Below, in pieces: positions 40,621 through 53,539 of a stretch of DNA of 64,000 nt. Below the pieces are notes generated by a model. That model was not told the DNA's origin. It did no database searches and saw only the letters and a program-made list of their open reading frames with translations. Where the stretch lies: NCBI GenBank assembly GCA_044892505.1, contig CM097882.1, positions 293,632,001 through 293,696,000 of the forward strand, written 5' to 3'. This DNA comes from Schmidtea nova (lineage: Eukaryota). The position numbers were made by a program, and so were the translations under genes. Each line of letters starts with the position of its first letter. Positions within the stretch are counted from its first letter, which is position 1.

Positions 40621-41129
40621 CTAACCACATTTCCACCTCTGGTCTTCTTTCTACCTGTACACGTACCATCGGATACAATATTTCCTCCTCTAGTAATAGT
40701 TATGGCTAATGCCTTGCCTACTTCAGCAGTAATAGATACTTCGTTATCTCTTTTCAATTTACCAGTTCGAAACGCATCCTCACAATCTTCTGGTAGAACT
40801 CTTATTGTTCTGGGAATGAATTTAGCTTCCAAGAATGCTGAGTAACTACTTGATCCACAATAATATTCGAATTCGGCCCTTTGTAGGCGACATTCTTTTA
40901 TTCTCGTACGATAAAAATCGGTTTCTTGATAAATATGGTATTCAAGCTTTTCCCCTAACTGAACTTTGTCGGGATAAGCTTCGGCACATTCGATTGTGTC
41001 TACTAAAGAATAAATTCCTGCTAGAGTTGGATTCGTACAGTCGTATGCAATTAATGGATTCACTTGCTTGATGATTCCCATCATCATTAACAGTAAGAGC
41101 ATTATGTTTGCCATTCCATAAAAATTCAA
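40620..41129 (-). pseudogene. Element C env N-terminus
   Basis: MANIMLLLLMMMGIIKQVNP|LIAYDCTNPTLAGIYSLVDTIEC..ECRLQRAEFEYYCG..EDCEDAFRTG; aligns with B env; truncated by the Penelope insertion. Confidence 0.85.
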
Positions 41130-42339
41130 AATTATTATTATGTATTATTCCTTCGTTGAACGCGTATTGGGGTGGACTGTTATTAGACTTTTGCCAAAAA
41201 TCGTTCTCTTTAATCCATGACCCAAGATACCATTCGATCGTTGGTATGATGTGTTCTAATTCAGGTTCTAACCGTGATTGATCGTTTCCAACCTTTGTGA
41301 GCAACTTCTTAATAAACATTGCTAGTATTATTATGACTTTTCCTTTTGTAAATCCTTCAAAATAGAATTTTTCTATGGCATCTGATATCTCTTGTTCAGT
41401 TAATGTTTTTGGGAATTTCGACATAACCTTTCTAACTGATTGTGTAATCATTTCCACATTTATTCTTGGTTCTGATTCAATTTCTAAACTAGGTTTAATG
41501 ATTCTGATTATCTGTTTCAGGTTTTTCTTGATTTCGTCATCCTGACGGCCTTGATCAGGTACGTTTCCATCTATTTCTTTTACTAGTCTTTCTAATATTC
41601 CTCTTGTTAATCCTCTAGTCGTTTCGAGATTCAATCTTTCTTGTGGAGGAGGTACCATATTTACCTTCTTCCGTCTACCCCGATCATCCTTTTTACTTCG
41701 TTCTCCCGTAGGAGGTACTTGTGCTTCTCTTACGGTTTCTATATTTTGAGAAGTGCTAGCTCTTATGTTAGTTTCGTGGGAATTCATCTCGATTTCTCGA
41801 TCTTCGAGGAATCTTTCTAATTCCTCATCTAAATCTACTGGCAATCTTGTTGGCTCTATTTGTGCAATTATATGCTCCTGTTCAGCCTCGTTAGGCAACC
41901 TCAGTATAGACCACTGCTCCCTAGGTGGTGTTACTGGGATTATCGTTACTATCGTAATTTCGTGTGGCAAACATCCCACATCTACTAAATATTCGTCGTC
42001 ATCGACTTGACTGCCTTGAATCATTATCAAGAATAGGAAATCAACTATTTCCTCTACTTTCTTTCTTAGTTTCCATACCTTGTGGAAACAAGATTGTTGA
42101 CATAATTGAGGATCTTTACCCGGTATCCTGATCTCTATATTTAAAGGCCCTTGCTTGTCTACTTGATGTCGGATCGCTTGTCCGTATTTTGACATCAACA
42201 TTTTTACCTGTGCCCTATACGGTGTTACTTCCTTCATTAACGGAAGAATTATCGGCACAATATTGTTGGGTTTTTGTTGAAAGTCGGTTCTAATTTCTGA
42301 CTCCTGGTGTTCTTTTAACAAATAATTAACCCAACACAA
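40942..42339 (-). pseudogene. Element C UBL plus Bcl-2-like polyprotein segment
   Basis: UBL-like LNIEIRIPGKDP..IMIQGSQVDDDEYLVDVG; BH1-like FYFEGFTKGKVIIILAMF; BH2-like LGSWIKENDFW. Confidence 0.65.
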
Positions 42340-43060
42340 TAACCTTTATTTCAATATCACAGTTTATCACAATGATTGAACAATATAAGAACTGTCTTTT
42401 TACACTGAACTTGACTGCTTTCAAGTCACTTGCTGCGAGGGATAAGTCTCCCAACGGAAGATCCCCCTTTCTGGTCCACAAACAAATGAATTAAATTTTA
42501 CTCTACAACACTACCTTTTCGGACTCTTCTTCTAATTTTAATCGGTTAATTGAAATTTTATCTCTTCGACCTCTGGTCCCACATTGCAATTTGCTTCTGC
42601 TTTTATGGTGCTTCCTCCTTAATGCTTGATTGTTCTGTCTCCAAATTTTGACATTTTAATCTACGATTCAAATTAAACTGTCATATTGTAATTTAGTAGC
42701 TCTCGCCGTTTCCACATCCTTAGAGCAAATTGAACTGTCACTTCGCTTGAGCGGGTTTCTCTCCTCTCTCGGGCTCTTCATTAGCTCGGGTTTCCCATTG
42801 TCTCGGGCTTTCCATTAGCCAATTAATTCTTAATCAATATTTTAATTTCTTAATTATTTCTTTCTGGGAACCCCCCCCCATCGATTTTATTTTTCTTTAT
42901 TTGAATTCGTCTCATAATTTGGCACACACCCATACCAATTTCCCCCATGATATATTGATTTTAAATTTTATTAATTTTTTAATTAATGTTTTAATATTTT
43001 AAAACATTTGGTGATTTTTGCAATTTTACTAATTTTATTTAATTACTTTTAAATTTTGAG

Positions 43061-43972
43061 TCACTTTGACAAAACCCCAACAATATCATATAATATTTCA
43101 ACGGGTATATTCAAAGTAATTACCCAATCTAAGATCTGTCTAATATTCTCTCCATCTCTGGGAGTCTGCATTAATTCGCGTCTCAATCTCGCCGGGATTG
43201 TCCGCGTTTCTAATAACTGTTCCATGTCCACCTCCGTGAGTATGAATATATTATCTGCATCCACTACTGGGACTTCTATTTTGACTATTTTCACCTGCAC
43301 TATATTCGGTATCCCTGGTAGAATACCACTTTTTATTAATGTTTCTGTTTTCTTGAGCGGACGTCCACATAGGTATATTTCACACGTCAACCCTTTTAGT
43401 TTTTCGCTTAATTTCTGCGATAACTGTTCTACCCTCAATTTTGGGTTTATTTTGAATTCCCACTCTTGCTGAGTTGGCATTAAAGCGGATATATCAGCAT
43501 CTTCTGTTCTGTAATCATATCGCTGTTTGGCGCCTATTTTTCTCCTGATTGTAGATATCCATGGATGATGACATTCCTCTCCTTGGGTCAGTGTTATGAT
43601 CTGCAATGCATCATCTCTTTCTCTTTCTCGCATTTTACTGGATGCTAACTTTTCTAATTTTATTTTCAATTTTGTTAGGGACTCTTGACTAGAGTTCGCC
43701 AGTTCTATACATTTTTGTATGAGGTTTTCCTCACCTCTCTTTTTCGACCCCTTTTTAGGCGTCTCATCGAATTCATCTAGTATTTTTTCTATACTGAGTT
43801 CGGATTCACTATTATCGACAAAAACTTGTTCTGCATCTGTATCAACTTGATCATCATCAATACTCTCCTCGTCTGTATCTCTTGAAATTACGTATATGTT
43901 ATTCTCGTCATGTGAAGTTAACCGTGCTAACCGGTTTTTCTCCTTTCTCATTGCGAGTTCTAACTGTTGCAA
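43061..43972 (-). pseudogene. Element C post-nucleocapsid segment with UBL
   Basis: WEFKINPKLRVEQLSQKL..EIYLCGRPLKKTETLIKSGI. Confidence 0.6.
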
Positions 43973-44084
43973 ATAAGTTAATTCTGAATCTTGACTTACT
44001 AAACAAACGGATCGTTGTTGTCTATTATCGTTACTTTTAACGCTGTTATTATCATTATTATTATTGTTATTATTTAAAGGACAG

Positions 44085-45057
44085 GACCGCTGTATATGCC
44101 CAAATTTACCACAATTGTGACATTTTATCTTTCCTACTGAATTTACCTCATCTCTTTTTATTACATTAAATCCTGAATTTCTATTTCCCCCTCGATTATT
44201 ATTATTATTATTCTCATTATCTTTATTTCGGTTATTATTAATAAAATTAGCGGGCTACGCACTCTACAAACTGACGCAACGTGTCCTTTACGTTTACACT
44301 TTTCGCAATTTAAATCGGAACATCTGCAATCTCAAGCTACATGATTATTTCTTCCACATTTAGTGCACTGCGACCTATTATTATTATTATTATTTGAGTT
44401 TATTTTTCTACTTCTACAGTCTTTAGCGATGTGTCCCTTTCTATGACAATTAAAGCATTCCGTATCGTTTTTCCGCTCATTAACTAATAAACTAGTTGTT
44501 TTTTCAATACTGTTTTCAATTAAAATAGCTTTTTATACAAGCTCATCAAAATCATCGCCTATGTGTAAACTCAATGCGTTTCTCAATACTGAGGATAGAC
44601 CTGCCCATAATTGATCTTTAACCAGCGCTCTAGTTGCATCTTGCCATGCTAACCTAGGTCCAAATGCACGTTCTGCAAGCATAATAATTTGATAGGCATA
44701 TTCCCCTACATGTTCTCCTGGATTTTGTTTTCTATTATAAAATTGTTGTCTCAATATTCGTGTCACATCACCTGGTAATATACGGTTGGTCAAAGCAACC
44801 CTTAATTCATTCCATGTTCGTGGATTATTTGCAGCTATTATATCATTATATTGCTCTCTAGCTAACCCTTTCAAATATAAAGGTAATCTTAATATCATAA
44901 CGGCTTCTGGTAAACTTAAGGCTCGAGCTAATTGAAAATATTCCGACATAAATTCTGTTAAATCCCCAGGGTTCCCGTTATATGGTTGCATTGGTATTTT
45001 TGCATGTCTAAAAAATTCCCCTCCCGGTGCATCTGCTTGATTATTATTATTTGCCAT
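44085..45057 (-). pseudogene. Element C gag (capsid-like plus three CCHC), frameshifted
   Basis: QPYNGNPGDLTEF..FYNRKQNPGEHVGEYAYQI; CFNCHRKGHIAKDC, CEKCKRKGHVASVC, CHNCGKFGHIQRSC. Confidence 0.85.
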
Positions 45058-45161
45058 ATTTACTCTATTTACTCTATTTCTCCTATTTACGACCCCGTTT
45101 AAAATTATACCGTCTCTAAGCTCAATGTTTAAAAATTTTTCGCTTTATACCCTTTGATTTG

Positions 45162-45179
45162 ATCACATCGGGCTCACCA
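45162..45179 (-). other. Element C PBS, tRNA-Trp type
   Basis: TGGTGAGCCCGATGTGAT versus the canonical Trp PBS TGGTGACCCCGACGTGAT; 3-nt spacer. Confidence 0.75.
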
Positions 45180-45182
45180 AAA

Positions 45183-46131
45183 TGTTAAGACCTATACAAT
45201 ATAAATCAAATATCAAATATTTATAAATATTTATCAAACAAAAGTGTTGGGGATAAAAAAAGGTCTTAACACAAAATTGACTCCAAATAATATAATTAAT
45301 TAATTAAGGAAGTGTTCCAATCGAATAAACGAATAAGCAAAGTCTCTTCAAAAATACTTTTTATTTGTATAATTATGTTTATAAAAATTTAAATAAAGGT
45401 TTACAAATAATGGCATTAAATACCGCTGAAGTTATGGTCAATCAAGAGACCGGTGGTACTGATTGTTCACACCTTTTAAAAATAACAGAGGGGTAAGTCA
45501 GAAAGTGATTTTGGGGCTACCCAAGTAAGTACAATCTGTCCGACGATTGACTTACGGTGATTTTATAATATTTAACTTTAACAATGAACGGATTTGTCTA
45601 ATGCAAAATCCAAAGTTTGATTCAACTGATTAATAAAATCAACAATACTTGTTAGTAAAAGGTCTTCCAAATGCTGTAAAAGCTTGAGAATAGTCTTTCT
45701 GTTGTTTTTAATTAATTCGGTAACTTTGCTTCTTTCAGTTGACTTGTTCTGACAATCTTTCGTAGAATTTTTCTCTAATGATCTCGCTTTTTATTATTCT
45801 GGTATTCCTTTCCGTCCCTTAAATATTGTCTCGGTTTCGACAGCTGTAGTTATTGAACAACTCTATGATCAATCTCACAGCTGGTCTCTCAGCAATTAAT
45901 TCCCCTCAAATAAAATTGATTTTTTTTGACAGCAACTCACAACTACCAAACTCACACTTCATTCACCCACAACATTCAATAATCACTATTTATATATTTA
46001 TAATATTTATACTTATTAATTATTACTATTTATATATTTATACTTATTTATGACAAATAATAATTATTATTTATATCTACATTTATTTAATTATTTATTC
46101 TTTTTATAGGACATAAGGTCTATCCCTAACA
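45183..46131 (-). repeat. Element C 5' LTR (949 bp)
   Basis: TGTTA...TAACA termini; the right edge truncates the IS630/Tc1 ORF exactly (KPCV|TGTTAG). Confidence 0.8.
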
Positions 46132-46480
46132 TACGCAAGGCTTCACTTTTTTCATGGTAATTAAATGATTTTTTAGAAACCGACAAATCGTCGCTCTGGA
46201 AACATTGCGATTAAGTCCAACGAGATAATTTTGCATTTCTTCCAGTGTTGCATATACGTTTTCTTCGACGAAATTTAATAATTGATTTCCTTCTTCTTCT
46301 GATATTTTAAATGTAGAGCAACCTCTTTTTTTGTTTGCCAATCGGCCAAACTTTTTATATGTATAAATAAATGTCGTTATTGAGTTTTTTGGGATGCCTA
46401 ATAAATTTCCAAATTCGTAATAATCTCCGCCATTCTCCATGGCATTAATTATTCTTATTTTATCTTTTTCAGAAATCCTA
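46132..46480 (-). pseudogene. IS630/Tc1-like transposase N-terminal HTH region, truncated by element C
   Basis: ISEKDKIRIINAMENGGDYYEFGNLLGIPKNSI..YATLEEMQ..VSRATICRFLKNHLITMKKV. Confidence 0.7.
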
Positions 46481-47214
46481 ACAATATTATACTTTTAATA
46501 AAAATAAATAATAATTTAAGATTTTCTGGTTTTCTTTGCATTGAATTTCCCACATGAAGTTTCAGGAACTTCAGAATTATCAAAAGTACTATGAAAAAAT
46601 GTTTAATTAATCATAAATTACGAAGTTCTTACCATATAATGTCTTCACATTCACGAAATAGAAGAGTTTCTGTAGAAATTTCGGAAATATCGGAAATCCT
46701 ATGAAATATTGAATTAAATATAATTTTTAAAAAAATCTTACGACGTATTTTCTCTTTCTCGAAAACTAACAGTCGATTCATTTGAAGAGCATTCAAAATT
46801 CATATTTTTCACCAAAAAAAAATTTTATTATAAATTTTTTAATCACGAAATGAGATGTACCCTTAAAAGTTTGCATGCAATTTTTATTGTTCATTGTGTG
46901 TATATCTTAATTTTTCTTACAGAATGTCTATCACATATTAAAATTTTTAAACGACGAAATATCAAAATGCAACACCTACGTAAGTTTTCATTTACTATTG
47001 GTTATTTTTAATTTACATTATAGAAATTTTTAATGCTTGACACCTGGTGTAGGAGATGCTCCTCATCGTTATACGGTGTAATATTTGTAATACATAGAAG
47101 TATCTGTAGATGTATTAGAATAGAGCGTGATTATCTACCCCAATGTTGATTAGTTATGAAAAGTCGATGACGAATTAATTCATTTAAAAATATTTATATA
47201 TATATATATATATA

Positions 47215-48697
47215 CAGGGTGTTTTTTTTTAAATGCAATAGTAATTTTTTATTGATAATTTCCATATATAATAGTATTATGAATATCGTTTTTTTGAAAA
47301 TGCAATAGATAATTATAAATAGAAAAAATAGTCTATTTTATGTTTACGGTTGAGGAAAAGATTCAAATTGTAAAATGGAGGAGTGGCAATCTAAGCTTTT
47401 CGCAGATACAAAATGAATTCATGAGAAAATACAGGACGCCCCGTGCCAAATATTTCAACCATATCAAGAATACTTAATAAATTTACAACTGGGGGTTGCA
47501 TTAAAAGCGAGCACGCAACCCGAACTAGAATTGAAACTGTTTTGATACCTTCGAAACAAACAGAAATTATTGGATATATTAATTCGAATAACAGATTGTC
47601 GACACCGGCCATAGCAACGCTCTCGAACGTCAGTAAATCGTCTGTTTATAAGACCCTGACCAAAAATGGTTTCAAATCATACCACTTCACTAATCACCTG
47701 GAATTACTTGATCGAGATGAAGAGAAAAGAAAAATTTTCTGCCAGGATATGTTTTCTAAATTGGAGTCAGACAATAATTTTGCCAAAAATATTCTATTTA
47801 CCGACGAATCAACATTTACTTTAAACGGTGAAATAAATCATCAGAATTGTAGATATTGGAGCTCCGTAAATCTACATCGCTTTCTTCCTACAAACAATCA
47901 AAATCAAGCATAGTTAAATGTGTGGGCTGGGTTGATAAATGAATCGATAGTTGGACCGTTTTATATATTAATATAAAACGGTCCAACTATCGATTCATTT
48001 ATCAACCCAGCCCACACATTTAACTATGCTTGATTTTGATTGTTTGTAGGAAGAAAGCGATGTAGATTTACGGAGCTCCAATATCTACAATTCTGATGAT
48101 TTATTTCACCGTTTAAAGTAAATGTTGATTATAATTCCCATTAGGGAATTTAAATGGTGAAAAATATCTGCGTTTATTGGAAAATGATATTGTACCCGCA
48201 TTGCGTGAGATGAATTTATATGAAACAGTCTGGTTTCAACAAGATGGGGCGCCTCCACATTACGCAATTGATGTTAGGCGGTACTTAAATGAAAATTTTA
48301 GTGGCCGGTGGATTGGACGAGGAGGAACAATGAACTGGCCAGCAAGATCACCTGATCTTACCCCAATGAATTTCTTTTATTGGGGTTTTTTGAAAGATAA
48401 TGTATATTTTGAACGGTCTGAAAGTCTTGTTTCTCTAAGAAATAAAATCGATCAAGTTTCGTTGACTATAACTACAGGTATGGTGAGAAATGTTTTGGAA
48501 GGGTTTAAAAATCGAGTGCGAACATGTTTCGAACAAAATGGAGGTATTTTCGAAAACCTTTTGAGTAAATGAATAGTGATTGGGATTTTACTTTTTGGTA
48601 TTAATAAACTTACATATATAAACCAGTTGGATCTATTTAATTAATAAGTATTTAATTATATATTAAATTGAATATTGCGTGTTAAAAAAACACCCTA
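47215..48697 (+). mobile_element. Tc1/mariner-type DNA transposon, defective
   Basis: TIR CAGGGTGTTTTTTT..AA / ..AAAAAAACACCCTA in TA context. Transposase pieces ILFTDES, VWFQQDGAPPHY and WPARSPDLTPMNFFYWG, with a frameshift, a stop and an internal inverted duplication. Confidence 0.9.
47807..48130. repeat. 160-bp inverted repeat with 4-nt (ATTA) spacer
   Basis: 47807-47966 is the reverse complement of 47971-48130; no mismatch noticed by eye. Confidence 0.93.
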
Positions 48698-49055
48698 TAT
48701 ATATATTAAAATATTTATCATACAGTTAAAAACAATTAATCAACGGAGGTAGCTATTTTGAATAAAAATTGAAACTCTGAAATTAACTAAATAATCACTT
48801 TATAATTATGATTTACCATAGTATATAATTTTTATTTCATCTTAGATTAACAGTAATAAATGATTTAAAATCATTCGGCTCACGATAAATAACTAACCTA
48901 TTTTGATTAAAATGTAGATAATTTTATTGTGTGTTTGATCGAATTATTAGTTAACAACAAAAATTTCTACAGGTTATGATAAAACAGAAAAGTTTAAAAT
49001 ACGAAATTTATTTTCAGGACAAAAATATTTATTCCATATTACAAAAATAAAAAAC

Positions 49056-50782
49056 CTATCGCATACAATTGACAATGTCATCAATCTTCAGCAATGCACA
49101 AACCGTTTCAGTTGCTAAAGTAATAGCACTGTGATTGATAAGAAGTGGTTGCATAACGTCATCGGCCAAAATATCAGATACACATCCGCGTTTCATATTT
49201 ATTCCGGCATTCACTTCTCCTCTAGCGTGTCGATTTCTCAACTCAGTAACCGTTTGAATTGGACTTAATCCGGAATTTTCCGCCAAAGTATATGGAATAA
49301 TCTCCAATGCTTCCGCATAGGCTCTCAGACAATATTGCATTAGACCCCCCACTTGTACGGAATAATTTGCAATATATTGCGACATGGCAATTTCCGGTGC
49401 CCCACCACCGGCAATTAGAGCAGGTTTCTTCACTAGGCAGCGTATAACACACAAAGCATCATGAAGCGACCTTTCAGCCTCATGTAACACCATATGGTTA
49501 GACCCAAACATTAAAATCGACACAATTGGACCGGGATTAACAATTCCACTAACTTTAACAATTCTCGAAGTTCCAGCGCTTATTTCCTCCACCAAATCAG
49601 CTCTACCAAACATATCCGGAGTGAAATTATCTAAACTGGCAATCGGTTTGCAATTCAACGCTTTACAATAGATTTCAACATCATTTCTTTCGATATCTTT
49701 AATCACCATGATATTTAATTTAGAGAAAAAATGCAACGCCAAATCCGTAATAGCATCTCTTAGAATACTTTTCTGTATTAAAAGCACATTACAGCCGGAA
49801 CTTTTAATTGTTTTTGCAATATTTAAAATATATTTTCTTTCCTCGCTGATCACTCGATCCATTTGACTGTATTCCGATACGACAACGCTGTGATCCATAT
49901 TTGTTTTCGGTGGTGAAATGCAGAACTCAATCAAAGCTATTTTGGCTTTTTCTACTTTTTTCACATTGCAAATAGATTCCACATGTCGGTCGATAATTAA
50001 ACCATCAACCAAAACTGTGTCTTCAACTGTACCACCGAATTTCATTGTTATTTTTATATCATTCAAATTTACAGAATGATTCGATTTGTCAATTGCACGT
50101 AAAACTGCATCGACAGCTATTGGAGCTAGCACACTCGAGTATTGACCGACGACTTTAGAATTCAATGACGTCGATGCAATTTTCAATAGGATTTCTCGAT
50201 TGGACAGGTCCATTTCTTGGGAGTGGTTTTTGAGGACTTCACAAGCAATTTCTGCTGCTTTCTGAAAGGCTTCCGATATGACAGTTGGGTGAATACCCTT
50301 GTCTAGTAGTTTTGAACAGGCTGTCAATAAACTCCCAGCAATAACGACGACAGAAGTTGTACCGTCTCCTGCTTCAATATCTTGTGATTGAGACAATTGG
50401 ACCATCTAGGCACGAAAATATTAAATCAAGCTCGAAATTAATAATTTAATTTTTACCATTTGAGCAGCTGGATGTAATAATTTCATTCTCTTTAATATAG
50501 TCGCTCCATCATTAGTTACTGTTACATCGCCTTTGCTTTCCTGAATCTGTAGGGAAAATGATAATATAAATCTAATATATAATTATTAATGTATTACCAT
50601 CTTATCCATTCCACGGGGACCTAAGCTTGTTCTGACAGTATCGGCAACAGCTAAAATAATTAAATAAATATATATTACTGAGAAAATTAATAATAACCTT
50701 TAGCTGCAGCGATATTGCTACTTCTAACAGCACTTCCTTTGGATTTATCGTTAAACTCTGATTTGCTGTTCACTGCTAGCAT
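49056..50782 (-). CDS. CCT4: T-complex protein 1 subunit delta (4 exons: 50698-50782, 50598-50650, 50457-50546, 49056-50405; 525 aa)
   Basis: [50 protein letters not shown] introns of 47, 51 and 51 nt keep the frame. [10 protein letters not shown] and SKSQD-like MVQLSQSQD favour the delta subunit. Confidence 0.92.
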
Positions 50783-51974
50783 TTTGTTGGTGTACAGTTT
50801 CTGGAATATGCTATTATAATATTAAAACAACAATTATTGTTATTAAACAGTTACAACAAAATATTTAAAATTAATATTTGTTGAGAAATCCGAATTTTCT
50901 TATTAATTAAATTAATTAATAGTTAGATTTTTAAGGCTATATATTTTTGAAATAAATTTTATTTTAATTGAGATATAGCGGTATATTATATTTTAAACAT
51001 GAAATAATAATTTAAATTAATGTGAAAATTTAACTTGATTAATTAACGTATATGTATAGTGTATGGTTAAAATAAATATAAAATGAAATTACATAAATAT
51101 CGTTTATTTATAAGTTTTAATTAATCTTTTTTATATAACTAGATTTTTGTTTTAAAAACAATACACGATGGACTTTAATTGACATTTTGTTGGTTGGTAT
51201 GGGTGTTATAAATTTTTTAACGATATCCAGGCATTAATACAACCCACACTACAACATAAATATTGTTGGGCCAAAACCCAATTTGTTTTAATAAAACGAT
51301 AACCCCATAGGTAGAGAACGCGCAAGATTCCATTTTTAACCTTTGCTTCCATTAAAAATCCCACAATTAAGTGGAAAACGCCAAAAGGTGAAGATGAATC
51401 AAAACACAGCAACCGGTAGAATGCGCGCTAACTGCGAATTTATGAATATTTTCACTGAAATCTCGAGAAAAATTAAAAGCAGAATGTTTGGAAGCTAGAA
51501 TAGGCGGAAAACCCATTGAAAGTGCCCATAAAGAACAGAATTTTGTCATAAAATCTTCAGTGCAGAAAAATTAACAAAATTTTAGAAGAAAATTGTGAAT
51601 TTATCACAAAATTTCACATTTAACAATAGAAAGAATTAATATGGATCGAAAATCATAAATTAAATCAAATCGAACAAATTTCGATTCAAACATAAAAATT
51701 TTTAATTAAAATAAATTATTTATAGTTTATAAAAAATTATTATACAAAAATATGGAATTAATTTTCGGAAAATCATTAGAATTAATTTAGAAAAAATTAA
51801 GAGAAAATTCTAGAACAATTTGTTTTATTGCACTACCGGAGAGAGAGAAAATTTGATGGTATATATACCGCCATCAAAATGGCAGATCTCAGATTTTGTG
51901 GAAAAATTCTTATTTTTTCTTTTATTTTGCTAACTCAGAATTTGGTGAAAATTCGTGAAAATTTTTCCGAAAAG

Positions 51975-52080
51975 AAAATTTTCCTTTTGAAAGATTTTGC
52001 TGCCAAGAATTTAGAATCCTTTTGAAAAATTTTGCTGCCAAGAATTTAGAATTCCTTTTGAAAGATTTTGCTGCCAAGAG
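51975..52080. repeat. 35-bp tandem repeat x3 (CCTTTTGAAAGATTTTGCTGCCAAGAATTTAGAAT)
   Basis: Read directly. Confidence 0.85.
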
Positions 52081-53539
52081 TTTGTGGGAAAGAATTTCAA
52101 ATTTAAGAATTTTGCCAATTTGATTCGGGAAGATTTTTGAAGACACTACGAATCCGTTACGAACGTCTGGAAGCCGTATTGTTATAAATTTGAGAAAATT
52201 CGAACTTGGAATGTAAGGATTGTTTCATTTTTATTTTTTATTCTCTCTTTAAACTTGCCCGAGGGGTGTGGGATCGTCGGCAATCATGCCTGTCGATCAT
52301 CCCATTCCTCACGTTCGTGTTATTTTAAAACGTATTATTTTTGTTAATTTATATGATGTAATTATTTTATTTGGATATTATTAAATATTAAAAATTTATT
52401 TTTATTCAGTTTGAGTTCGAAAATATTTTTGTTTATTATACTCACAAGTTCCCAAAACACCTAAAATTACTACAAAAAATTGTCGAAATAAACTTATGAA
52501 ATTAAATAATTTTTTTTTATCTCCCATATCTTCTGACGATCCGTCCAGCCTTAGTTGTGCGGATCTGTTAGTAGCCTGGGTGGATCGTTGTCTGATTGGT
52601 AATCGGCCAGCCCATATTTCCACTTTAAGGTGAGGCTCATACATCCAAATTCGCGTCATCCCAACTGGGGAACCGCGGTTTGGCCAAGAGCAAGGTTTTG
52701 TTATACTAATGATTTTATTATAATAGAGTATCATATTTTTATTATCTACATAAGCAATTCCGTAATATAACATAGCAATTAACTCATATCTTGAAATCTA
52801 AAATAGGAAATATTACTAATTAAAAATCGACTCGTACTCGCCTTCACCTTCACACTCTCAACAACGTTCATCTCATGAAAAAATGCAAGAAAAATGGATG
52901 CTAATGATGAAAAGAAAATCGCTCGAAATAATGCTCAAAGCTAGAATAATGCTCACGAAATGAAATGAATTGTGAAACAAGTATTGATTTAATCTGAATT
53001 AAAACTCATTATGGTCTAAATAAGTTTTCCTGTGAATATTGTTTTTCGAGAGCCTGAAATTCCTAAGTGAAGTGTACCGAAAAAGTCGCGTACACTTTAA
53101 TTGGGAAATTCATGCTCAACAAAACCGAAATTTACTTTACTTGAGGTTAAAAATATTCGTTGAAAAATTTATAACTTATTTTTATTTTATTTTTATTTTA
53201 GCATATAAAAATTTTTTAGATTAAATGCTTATTTAGATTTCGAAAAATATGGATGGAAAATTTATTATTATGTGAATTTTGTTTCGATCAAAAAATAAAA
53301 ATTTACTTTTTATTATATTGGAAAAATTTTTATAATGTAAACCAAAAATTCTCCGAATATTGTTATGATATAAAAGATTTTGTCATTTTATAAAATTCCT
53401 AAGAATTTATAAATCAAAGCTTATATTGAAACCCATAAAAATTTCAAATCGAAAATATTATTAGTATATTGAAAATTTTATCATTTCAAAAAATCCAAAA
53501 TTTCAAAATTCTATAGGAAAATTTTTACTATACATATAT

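Larger units (their letters stand above)
40620..46131 (-). mobile_element. Degraded env-bearing LTR element 'C' (5' part: LTR, PBS, gag, UBLs, Bcl-2-like, env N-terminus)
   Basis: LTR 45183-46131 (TGTTA...TAACA); PBS 45162-45179; gag 44533-45057 plus CCHC knuckles at ~44085-44465; ORFs 43061-43972 and 40942-42339; env 40620-41129. Several frameshifts. Confidence 0.85.
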
